Virus record (IMG/VR): IMGVR_UViG_3300020044_004739
Location: 1-27,076 of that record
Reading direction: 5' to 3' (one strand)
DNA: 27,076 bases
Source of the DNA: a virus
Taxonomy: Duplodnaviria; Caudoviricetes
Shown: one piece after another, positions 8,392-16,572 of the stretch
Numbering within the stretch: position 1 is the first letter of the stretch
Layout of the letters: the number at the start of each line of letters is the position of its first letter
Program-made: the position numbers and the translations under genes
The notes under the pieces: model-generated
What the model saw: only the letters and a program-made list of their open reading frames with translations
Told to the model about the DNA's origin: nothing
The model's database searches: none

Positions 8392-8863
8392 TCCACTTGC
8401 TGGTCAAGAACAATTTATAAATAGATTAGCTATACCGTATTTGACACCAACTGGTGTAGTAGATATAAGATTTAGATCAATGGGACCAGAAGAACCTAAG
8501 TACATGGGTATGCCAGGAACTTCAACCAGACTATACAATGTAAATGCCCTGCATACAGCAGGTAATTTTATCGCAGTATGCGAAGGAGAAATAGATGCTA
8601 TCACTCTTAGTTATTCTTGCAACATTCCTGCTGTGGGTGTTCCTGGAGCTAATGCTTGGAAACGGCACTACGGACGCTTACTGGCAGACTTTGAAACTAT
8701 CTATGTTTTTGCTGACGGTGATCAGCCTGGCTCTGATTTTGCAAAAAGTCTAAGTAAAGAGTTTAATAGTGTTATTATTATGCAGATGCCAGATGGAGAG
8801 GACGTTAACTCAATGTTCTTACGTAATGGATCAGCTTACTTCACAGAAAAGATTGCAGCATGA
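8246..8863 (+). CDS. DNA primase TOPRIM subunit
   Basis: YLAQRGI, RLAIPY, PKY, VCEGEIDA, GVPGA, FADGDQPG, DVN; GTG 8246 has AAGGAG SD (ORF open from 8228). Confidence 0.88.
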   Translation: MKLSRSQKVLLEKATSHYEEYLPLAEEYLAQRGISLETAQRIRLGVVVDPLAGQEQFINRLAIPYLTPTGVVDIRFRSMGPEEPKYMGMPGTSTRLYNVNALHTAGNFIAVCEGEIDAITLSYSCNIPAVGVPGANAWKRHYGRLLADFETIYVFADGDQPGSDFAKSLSKEFNSVIIMQMPDGEDVNSMFLRNGSAYFTEKIAA

Positions 8864-9348
8864 CAACTAAAGAATACCAAAGAAGTGACCTATGGGAATT
8901 AGAAGAGTATGAAAAAAGAGTAAAGGAATATAACAATGCAAGGCTTCACCGAACAGGAAATAAACCACATCTTCCAAGCACTGATCAACATGGGACTTCA
9001 AGTAACGGACGTGAAGTACTCGAACGGATTGACGCTTACATTAAAACGACCAGTACTAAAATGAAACGACCACTAGATTTTGAAGCTGCAATTATAGCTC
9101 GCAAAGCTATTGACTTAATGGTTAAGAAGCATAACGATTACGGACCAAGTAATATTTCAGATGCACCAGGTGGTGCGTTGAATGGACTAAGTGTAAGACT
9201 GCACGACAAAGTAGCAAGACTAAACAATCTATTATCAAATGAAAAAGAACCAGAAAACGAAAGTATCCAAGATACATTTATTGATATTCTCAACTATGCC
9301 ATCATTGCTTTATTAGTAATAGATGGTAAATGGGACTCTACTAAGTAG
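8860..9348 (+). CDS. DUF1599 (nucleotide-modification-associated domain 1) protein
   Basis: KKHNDYG...VRLHDKVARL...ESIQDTFIDILNYAII; the domain may be translated from ATG 9061. Confidence 0.78.
   Translation: MTTKEYQRSDLWELEEYEKRVKEYNNARLHRTGNKPHLPSTDQHGTSSNGREVLERIDAYIKTTSTKMKRPLDFEAAIIARKAIDLMVKKHNDYGPSNISDAPGGALNGLSVRLHDKVARLNNLLSNEKEPENESIQDTFIDILNYAIIALLVIDGKWDSTK
8936..9064 (+). CDS. 42-aa protein nested in an alternate frame (not in ORF track)
   Basis: MQGFTEQEINHIFQALINMGLQVTDVKYSNGLTLTLKRPVLK; AAGGA SD; its TGA overlaps ATG 9061. Confidence 0.55.
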   Translation: MQGFTEQEINHIFQALINMGLQVTDVKYSNGLTLTLKRPVLK

Positions 9349-9354
9349 GTAAAT

Positions 9355-10113
9355 ATGAAAACAGTTATAGTGATTCCAGATATGCAAGTTCCTTACCATG
9401 ATCCACGAGCAGTACGTGCAGTGCAAAACTTTGTAGGTGACTACCAACCAGATGAACTATACTGTGTTGGTGACGAAGCAGATAGTCCTGAACCATCAAG
9501 ATGGAACAAAGGATTAGCTGGTGAGTTTGAAGGTACACTTCAGAGTGGACTAGATCGTACTGCTGCAATTATGAAAGAGTTTAAAAACAAACTAGGCGAT
9601 AAGCCTTTCCATACCATGAGGAGCAACCACGGTGACCGAGTTGAGAACTATGTCAAAAGATATGCGCCAGCCTTGGCAAGTCTGCGGGAATTGGAATACT
9701 CCAAGCTTTTACATTACAGCGAAAACGAAATTACCTATCACGATAAACTATGGGAGTTTGCGCCAGGATGGGTACTGGCACATGGAGATGAAGGCAACAT
9801 CTCAAGGCAAGCTGGTGGGACAGCTCTGGCTCTTGCTCGCAAAATTGGGTCTTCAGTTGTCTGTGGGCATACACATAGAGCGGGAATTCAACATGAGCAC
9901 CAAGGTTACAACGGCAAAATTCAAAGTCGTCTCTACGGAGTTGAAGTCGGACACCTTATGGATCTTAGCCAAGCGTCTTATCTAAATACTGGTAGTGCTA
10001 ACTGGCAACAAGCATTTACTATTCTTTATATTCGTAGAGGTAACGTAACTCCTGTTGTTGTACCTATCAACGGACGATCATTCGTAGTTGAGGGTAAGAC
10101 TTATGAGTTCTAA
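9355..10113 (+). CDS. Calcineurin-like metallophosphoesterase
   Basis: IPDMQ, VGDEAD, SNHG, AHGD, CGHTHR. Confidence 0.88.
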   Translation: MKTVIVIPDMQVPYHDPRAVRAVQNFVGDYQPDELYCVGDEADSPEPSRWNKGLAGEFEGTLQSGLDRTAAIMKEFKNKLGDKPFHTMRSNHGDRVENYVKRYAPALASLRELEYSKLLHYSENEITYHDKLWEFAPGWVLAHGDEGNISRQAGGTALALARKIGSSVVCGHTHRAGIQHEHQGYNGKIQSRLYGVEVGHLMDLSQASYLNTGSANWQQAFTILYIRRGNVTPVVVPINGRSFVVEGKTYEF

Positions 10114-10744
10114 TGGAGTTGTCTATGAGATGTACCATTCAATGGTTAAGCAAGTTAGTTCAGAATTTAAACGCAAGTATGCAATGGTTGAGCGTGAAGA
10201 TATTGAACAAGAACTATGGCTATGGTTTGCTGAACATCCAAACAAAGTAGAAGAGTGGTTGTCTTTACCTGATCAAAAAGATAGGGATAAACTATTTGCT
10301 AGATCATTACGTAACTCTGCTCTTGACTATTGCATTAAAGAGAAAGCACATAAAGCTGGTTACAGTGCAGAAGATAACTTCTGGTATAACAAACAGTTTA
10401 TCAAGCTTATGATTCCAGCAGTTCTTAGTGACGACTGGACTAAGTTTAATAACACACTAAGTAACATGGGTCGTACTAGTAAAGCACTAGCAGAGTCAGG
10501 TGACTTCATGGCATTTAGTTCTGATGTTAAGGTTGCTTTTGATAAACTAAATGAGAGAGAGAAATCATTAGTTCATTTATTTTATGGTGAGCAAATAGAT
10601 GGTGCTGAACTAAGAGATCGCATGGATGCTGACAAATCACAGAAAGCAGTGATGATGGAAGCTAACAGAGCGGTTAACAAGATGGTCAAGATACTAGGTG
10701 GTAACCCACCATTTAAAGATGAGGATTATATTAACCATGAGTAA
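10103..10744 (+). CDS. Phage sigma-70/ECF-like transcription factor
   Basis: EREDIEQELWL (region 2), LRNSALDY, and DKLNEREKSLVHLFY...RAVNKM (region 4-like). Confidence 0.7.
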   Translation: MSSNGVVYEMYHSMVKQVSSEFKRKYAMVEREDIEQELWLWFAEHPNKVEEWLSLPDQKDRDKLFARSLRNSALDYCIKEKAHKAGYSAEDNFWYNKQFIKLMIPAVLSDDWTKFNNTLSNMGRTSKALAESGDFMAFSSDVKVAFDKLNEREKSLVHLFYGEQIDGAELRDRMDADKSQKAVMMEANRAVNKMVKILGGNPPFKDEDYINHE

Positions 10745-10967
10745 AGAAAAAGAATTAGATAAGTGTGCTGAAGCTGTAAAGAAAGCTAGAAATGTAAATG
10801 TATTTATAGCTTTTTTAGAAGCTTTTAAATCAGCAGAAGAAGAACATATTAGAAGTGCTTTAAACCCTGAAGATTCTAAAGACTTTAATTTACGTCAAGC
10901 AAACCTATGTGCAGAAGCTTATGCTGCTGCGGACTTAATGCATAAGATGGTATCAAAAAAGGACTAA
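10737..10967 (+). CDS. Hypothetical protein, last gene of the + arm
   Basis: ATG 10737 with GAGGA SD. Confidence 0.6.
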   Translation: MSKEKELDKCAEAVKKARNVNVFIAFLEAFKSAEEEHIRSALNPEDSKDFNLRQANLCAEAYAAADLMHKMVSKKD

Positions 10968-10989
10968 ACTTGTACAAGTTTTTGTACAT

Positions 10990-11052
10990 AAAAATAACCC
11001 CTCCTAGAGTGGTATGTACTAAGTAGTACTTTACCTACCCTAAGAGGGGTTA
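10990..11052 (-). terminator. Intrinsic terminator of the late (-) arm at the convergence point
   Basis: Minus strand TAACCCCTC...GAGGGGTTA followed by TTTTT; inner stems GGTA/TACC and GTACT/AGTAC. Confidence 0.8.
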
Positions 11053-11079
11053 CGTGGCTCTACGTGGCTGTGAGAGCCT

Positions 11080-11466
11080 CTAATTAGCCTTTACTTGCCG
11101 ACCGTCCAGTGTTATTGGAGCAGTACCATCATGGTCTATATACAAACCAACTGGCATCTTACCACCTGAAATAAACCCATGAGCTAGGGTTACCCAGATA
11201 GTCTTACCTGCCATCCCTGGATGGACAGGATAAGAGAAATGACCAGTGTAGTCAGCCTGTGGTGTACCTGGATAGCGACACCACCGAAAGCGAATAATGC
11301 TAGGTAGTCCACCACCAGGTAGTTCTATCTGAACGGTAGTCTCCCACATTAAACGCTTAGTGCGTGTAGATCCCTTCCAAGATATCTTCTTGTTAATCCG
11401 AACAGGAATAGCTTTACCTGAAATAATAGATTGTTTATCTTTATTTGATTCTACTTTAGCAATCAT
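11080..11466 (-). CDS. Hypothetical beta-rich protein in the lysis cassette
   Basis: ATG 11466 overlaps the M23 gene TGA. Confidence 0.7.
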   Translation of the reverse strand: MIAKVESNKDKQSIISGKAIPVRINKKISWKGSTRTKRLMWETTVQIELPGGGLPSIIRFRWCRYPGTPQADYTGHFSYPVHPGMAGKTIWVTLAHGFISGGKMPVGLYIDHDGTAPITLDGRQVKAN

Positions 11467-11885
11467 GCCTTTAACCACTTATCTGGATTAACGTGCTTAG
11501 TTGGATTCCAAAGACGAGTAGATAAAATTTGAAAGTGAAGATGCGGAGCTGTGGAATTACCTGTGCTACCTGCGTAACCAAGCAACTGTCCTTTCTTAAC
11601 TTTCTTACCTACTGGTACTTTAACTTTAGATAGATGACAGTAACCTGCCCATAGTCCAGCAGATCCATCTTTAAACTTATCGTTGTCTACAATAATATGA
11701 ATACCAAAGCTACGACCCCAACCTTTTAAAAACTTATGAGTGCCTGAGTGTACTACTACGCCACTAACTGCAGCATAAACTGGTGTACCTTCAGAAGCTT
11801 TACCATCAATACCTTTATGTACGCTACCGTTTTTGTACTTGGCACCGTACCTAAATGTAGTCTTCCATTCTTTAAGTGGATACAT
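11463..11885 (-). CDS. M23-family peptidase (endolysin)
   Basis: HKGID, YCHLS, GSTGNSTAPHLHF. Confidence 0.9.
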   Translation of the reverse strand: MYPLKEWKTTFRYGAKYKNGSVHKGIDGKASEGTPVYAAVSGVVVHSGTHKFLKGWGRSFGIHIIVDNDKFKDGSAGLWAGYCHLSKVKVPVGKKVKKGQLLGYAGSTGNSTAPHLHFQILSTRLWNPTKHVNPDKWLKA

Positions 11886-12097
11886 TAATCTAGATCTCCA
11901 TGGTTTCCATAACGCAAATCATCTGGGTTAATCCAGTTAATAATAACTGGCAAAGCAGCAGTAACAGCAATAGCAGCAGCAGGGTGCAAGCTAAGTACAT
12001 CTGGATTTGCTAAGAACCAACCTAAACTGGCAGCTAAGCCAACCTTTAATGCTGATGCAAGCGGGCTATTAGCCAGCCAAGTATAAAAATTTCTCAC
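11885..12097 (-). CDS. Putative holin
   Basis: 70 aa; two hydrophobic segments; WINPDDLRYG tail; directly upstream of the lysin. Confidence 0.65.
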   Translation of the reverse strand: MRNFYTWLANSPLASALKVGLAASLGWFLANPDVLSLHPAAAIAVTAALPVIINWINPDDLRYGNHGDLD

Positions 12098-14127
12098 GCT
12101 AATCTCCTAATTAGTACTAGCAATAAACCACCGTAGCCATTGCTATCTTTATCTGGTGAAGACTCGTTAATAAAACGAACCTCTTCTATAATACCTTGAA
12201 AGTTCTCATCAGTTCTATAGTCTTTAACTGTAATAAAATTACCAAGACCTTCAAGTTCTTCTAATTTTTTAATAACATCAAATGCTCTACCAGTGTAACC
12301 AAACTGTGAATTAAACCTATCCATTTCAATGTCATAACAAGATAATGGATATTGATAAAGTCTCTGACGAACAACACCTGGAATAGATTTAACTTGATAA
12401 GATTGCATAACTGGATAGTTAGTAAGTGGATTGCTATTATTTAATACAAACTTTAATGCTATAAATTCTTGGCTTCCTTTAGGTTGCCCAAGCGTTACGT
12501 TTTGCCCCATTGAGATAGAGTCAAGTGTAATAATGTCATACTCATTACCAGCATTATCAATTGTTTTAACAGATACTGAATCTCCAGCTGGAATTAAACC
12601 ACGAGTTTGTAGATACTTAAAAAACTTAGGTTCAACTGTAGCGTAACGTATCTTGCCTGTTTGTAGATAACCAGATGAACGATAGTTTGTAGTGTGTTCA
12701 GCTTGCAACTCACCAGACACACCATCTTCTTCAATAACCATAATCATGCGATCTTCTAGGTTATAAACTTCAGTACACTGAGAACTATCACCATCAAGAT
12801 TTGATTGATACTCAAGATCATATGCATAAGCAAATGTTCCATCATCAAATTGCTGTGATAAATCTATACGAATTAAAATACCATTTGTATTTCCACCACT
12901 AGCAACTGTAGTTGCTGCATAAAGATAGCTACCACGCTCGGCAAACCCATTGATTGCATAACTGCTTTCAATAAGAAGCGGACCCATTACCAAGTTATCA
13001 TTGCCATCAATTGTACAAATTCTTACACCCTTGCTTGTTCCAACTGCAAGATATCCAAGATAGTAATGAATTGCTTTAACTGTTTCACCATCAGGCAAAG
13101 ATAAAACCATTGTTGCGCCAGCCATGTCTGGCAAGTTAGTAGTATCGTCAAATAAAACTTTCCAAATTTCACCATTGTTGCCACCATTACCAGAAAGATA
13201 GATAGCACTTGGAGATCCAGCAGAATCATTCCAAACAAACAATGGATTGAGATGCAATTTAACATTATTTCCAGTTGGAAGACTGTCAGTTCCACCACTA
13301 TGGTTGTGAGAAGAAGTTGTTCTTGTTCCTCTTGCCACTAATGAAGTACTAGTACTGGTCATGTTATAGACACCATTGTCTAATCCAAAAAGTACAGACC
13401 CTTTAACATATTTAATAAATACGTTTGTTTTATCACTATTACTAAAATTAAAAGCTACTTCATCAGAAGACAATGTTTCAATTAAACCAGTATGAATAGC
13501 TCTAGAACATGCAGCATAGTAGTTTGAACCATCAGTTGTAACAGAAAGAAAATCATAATTACTTCCGTTGTGACCTTCTGGATATGTTGAACCATTATAA
13601 TAATTTTCAACAGTAGCTGTTGAGTTTCCATTTAAGGTTATTCTTTTTAAATAACCATCATCATCACCAGATATTAAAACTTCTTTATTATTGGTAACAT
13701 CATAGCCAGTTGCAGCATTAATGTTGTTGCCATTAGCACTTTCATATATAGCAGTAACGGCTTTAAGTAAACGAAGCTCACCAACTGTCCATATATCTAC
13801 ACCGCGAGAATCATAAAATCTATGACTTACATGTTCATAGTCTGTACCTGGTTCGTAGAACTCAATGCCAGCACCATTATGCCACGATGTTTGTGAACGT
13901 ACCCACCAACCAGTAAGTGACTGCTCACCTGGCTCAGGGCTATTATCAAACTGATCCTTCTTGTAAGGTGCAGTCTCACGACGATAAGGATTTTGATTAT
14001 CAATTTTTAAAATAAAAGGAATATCTGCAAGAGATATATCATAACCAACATCAGTTAATTGAAAGCTTGAACCTTGAGATTGATATGAAAGATCATACTG
14101 AAAGTCTTCGGTAATGTCTTTTGCCAT
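12094..14127 (-). CDS. Tail structural protein (nozzle/tail tubular B-like, probably beta-propeller)
   Basis: 677 aa, beta-rich; QTSWHNGAG motif; position after adaptor and fibre. Confidence 0.6.
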   Translation of the reverse strand: MAKDITEDFQYDLSYQSQGSSFQLTDVGYDISLADIPFILKIDNQNPYRRETAPYKKDQFDNSPEPGEQSLTGWWVRSQTSWHNGAGIEFYEPGTDYEHVSHRFYDSRGVDIWTVGELRLLKAVTAIYESANGNNINAATGYDVTNNKEVLISGDDDGYLKRITLNGNSTATVENYYNGSTYPEGHNGSNYDFLSVTTDGSNYYAACSRAIHTGLIETLSSDEVAFNFSNSDKTNVFIKYVKGSVLFGLDNGVYNMTSTSTSLVARGTRTTSSHNHSGGTDSLPTGNNVKLHLNPLFVWNDSAGSPSAIYLSGNGGNNGEIWKVLFDDTTNLPDMAGATMVLSLPDGETVKAIHYYLGYLAVGTSKGVRICTIDGNDNLVMGPLLIESSYAINGFAERGSYLYAATTVASGGNTNGILIRIDLSQQFDDGTFAYAYDLEYQSNLDGDSSQCTEVYNLEDRMIMVIEEDGVSGELQAEHTTNYRSSGYLQTGKIRYATVEPKFFKYLQTRGLIPAGDSVSVKTIDNAGNEYDIITLDSISMGQNVTLGQPKGSQEFIALKFVLNNSNPLTNYPVMQSYQVKSIPGVVRQRLYQYPLSCYDIEMDRFNSQFGYTGRAFDVIKKLEELEGLGNFITVKDYRTDENFQGIIEEVRFINESSPDKDSNGYGGLLLVLIRRLA

Positions 14128-14137
14128 TAACTATTCC

Positions 14138-15664
14138 TTAGTGCTTGATTAAGTAATTTAATACAATGTATGGGGAAAGATTTGATGTTGATCCAGTATC
14201 AGATACAGTATGTGCATGTTCTACAGAAACAGGTCCAGATGTAAATGAAGCAATGTTAACATCGTGATCATGACTATTTGAAGATGTTGCAGAAGTAGTT
14301 GGAGCTACATACGTAGGGCTAAGTGTAGCAAGAGCACCACTACCAGTAGCATCTGCTTCTGTTGTATCAAACGCAGTATCAGCAGCACCACCTGCAGCAG
14401 ATGTTGCGTTAAACAAACCACTGGCAGATGTTGCAGTAATATTATCTGGATTAAAGGTGTGATTATGTGTATCAGTACTAGTTGAAACAGAGTGAGTGTG
14501 ATTAGGTCCAGGAACAACAGAAGTAGTTCCATAGGCAGCAGTGCCAGTATACGACGGGTCACTAGTAGTATCTGTGTGACTATGTGAATCAGAACTTGTA
14601 GTACCTTCACCAATAGATACTGCAACAGTGTGATCATGACTTGTTAAAGTATGATCATGGCTATGGCTATGTGAATTAATAGCGTGAGTATGAGACGGAG
14701 CAGTATGAGTATGATCAACAGATGTTGTAGCGGTTAATGGAGGATCAATAGCATGTGTATGTGCACCTGCTGTTCCAGTATTTGAATTAGTGTGAGTGTG
14801 TGCTTTAGCACCACCAGTTTCACCTAGCGTATCAAACTCTGTTTGAGCAGCATCTAATCCAACTGGTATTCTTCCTTTAAGATTAGGAACACCAAATGTA
14901 GTTGAACCATCACCAGAGCCATAGGTAGTTCCAATAGCTGCAAACAAACCAGCATATGTAGTTCTTGAAACATTAGAACCATCACACAATAACCAACCAC
15001 TTACAGTTGCAGATAGTGCTGTGCTAATAACAGTTCCAACAGGAACAAGTCCTGGACCACTAGTAGGTAATGTTAAAGTTCCAGTAAAAGTTGGACTCGA
15101 TAAAGTTTTGTTAGTTAAAGTTTCAGTTCCAGCAAGAGTTGCAAAGTTACCATCATTTAATGCCGTATTAAATTCAGCAGTGCTACCACTAATTGTATTG
15201 CTGGTTAGAGAAATTGTTTTGTTTGTAAGAGTCTGTGATTTAGCGGTACCTACTACGCTACCTTCTCCACTTCCAATACCATGCACAGTCTTAATAATAT
15301 TTGCAGTTGTAATAGATGGATCTTGACCATTATTTTTAATTTCATAAGATGAACTTGCTTCTATATGACTTTGTGGTTCACGCAAATCACGTGGAGTAAT
15401 CATATGTTTTACAACTGCACCAGGATCGTGAGCAATTGCAGTAGTAGTATCTTGTCCTCTAACTACAGTTAAAGTAGTTCCACCTGCAGATTCAACAACA
15501 GTAACAATTTCTTCAGACGGCGCATCAGCATCAATAACAAGAGTATATGGATAGGCTGAAGGTAGAGTTGAAATAGTATTAAGAGTAATAGCGGTTTCAG
15601 TACTATTAATACTAGTGCTTAAAGTTTTGCCTTCAGCTGTTGAGCTATAATTACGGGCTGTCAT
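14138..15664 (-). CDS. Tail fibre with phage tail-collar domain and His-x-His tip
   Basis: TLTNKT repeats; [33 protein letters not shown]; many HxH; PYIVLNYLIKH. Confidence 0.85.
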   Translation of the reverse strand: MTARNYSSTAEGKTLSTSINSTETAITLNTISTLPSAYPYTLVIDADAPSEEIVTVVESAGGTTLTVVRGQDTTTAIAHDPGAVVKHMITPRDLREPQSHIEASSSYEIKNNGQDPSITTANIIKTVHGIGSGEGSVVGTAKSQTLTNKTISLTSNTISGSTAEFNTALNDGNFATLAGTETLTNKTLSSPTFTGTLTLPTSGPGLVPVGTVISTALSATVSGWLLCDGSNVSRTTYAGLFAAIGTTYGSGDGSTTFGVPNLKGRIPVGLDAAQTEFDTLGETGGAKAHTHTNSNTGTAGAHTHAIDPPLTATTSVDHTHTAPSHTHAINSHSHSHDHTLTSHDHTVAVSIGEGTTSSDSHSHTDTTSDPSYTGTAAYGTTSVVPGPNHTHSVSTSTDTHNHTFNPDNITATSASGLFNATSAAGGAADTAFDTTEADATGSGALATLSPTYVAPTTSATSSNSHDHDVNIASFTSGPVSVEHAHTVSDTGSTSNLSPYIVLNYLIKH

Positions 15665-15672
15665 TGTTTACC

Positions 15673-16572
15673 TTATCTAGTGAAGTGGATTCTAGTTGGA
15701 TTACGATCAGTTAACTTACGACTTTCTTCAGCAAGTCGCTTGTCATATAGTGCAAGAAGATATTTAGATGCATTAGTACCAGCACCATAGGCACGACCAG
15801 CAATCTGTGACTGTTGATCTGCTTCAGCAGAACCAAAGGTAAGACGACCTGGATCAATAAATGCTGACAAACGTGCAGAAGCACCAAGTACAATTACATC
15901 TTTACAAGATGCTGGTAAACCAGTAACAATTTCAAAGTCATCATCATTGCTATCCATTACCGCTGGAGCAGCAGTGTAAGATATTTGTACGGTTCTTCCA
16001 GGCTCAACACCAGAATAGAGACTAATAGAATTCCTAGAATCAAAAGCGTCAGTGTTAGCCATAGAATCAACACGCCAACTACGAATAGGAAGCCATTCTT
16101 TAGATGGACCAGTAGTTTCATAAGCCACTCCTAGTACAGTTTCTGCTTCATTTGGAAGAGGATAAGTAGTTTTAGCTGGTGAATAAGAAAACGTATGTGT
16201 TGCAGTGGCATAAAGATCTGGGAATACTGCTTCAATAGTTTCATTAATTGCTGATTTAATATCTATACTTGGAAATGTAGGAGAGATAATTACACGTGCA
16301 CCAGCTGCGTGACTTGCAGCAGATGTTCCATTGTATCCACGACCATAGGGAGGAATACTTAATGTACCAGTTGATCTATCGTATGCATCTACATAAATAA
16401 GTTCATCATCAACCTGAATAACACCAGTAGAAAGATTACTTGCAGAAGAAACAACAAGAGTTGTGACTGTTGAATTAATCGCAGACACTAGATGTGTCTG
16501 ACGGTCTTGACGCAGTGTAAAACCTGCTAACTTACGTGCTACCTCATCAGTCATTTGACCAAATGTTGCCAT
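15673..16572 (-). CDS. Head-tail adaptor / tail tubular A-like protein
   Basis: Helical N-terminus, IKSAINETI, YPLP, LPASCKDVIVLGA; gene position. Confidence 0.6.
   Translation of the reverse strand: MATFGQMTDEVARKLAGFTLRQDRQTHLVSAINSTVTTLVVSSASNLSTGVIQVDDELIYVDAYDRSTGTLSIPPYGRGYNGTSAASHAAGARVIISPTFPSIDIKSAINETIEAVFPDLYATATHTFSYSPAKTTYPLPNEAETVLGVAYETTGPSKEWLPIRSWRVDSMANTDAFDSRNSISLYSGVEPGRTVQISYTAAPAVMDSNDDDFEIVTGLPASCKDVIVLGASARLSAFIDPGRLTFGSAEADQQSQIAGRAYGAGTNASKYLLALYDKRLAEESRKLTDRNPTRIHFTR

Noticed and set aside
10995-11052. T7-like RNA polymerase system implied by the Tphi-like stem
   Set aside because: No single-subunit RNAP or repeated T7-type promoters seen; the similarity is short and may be convergent
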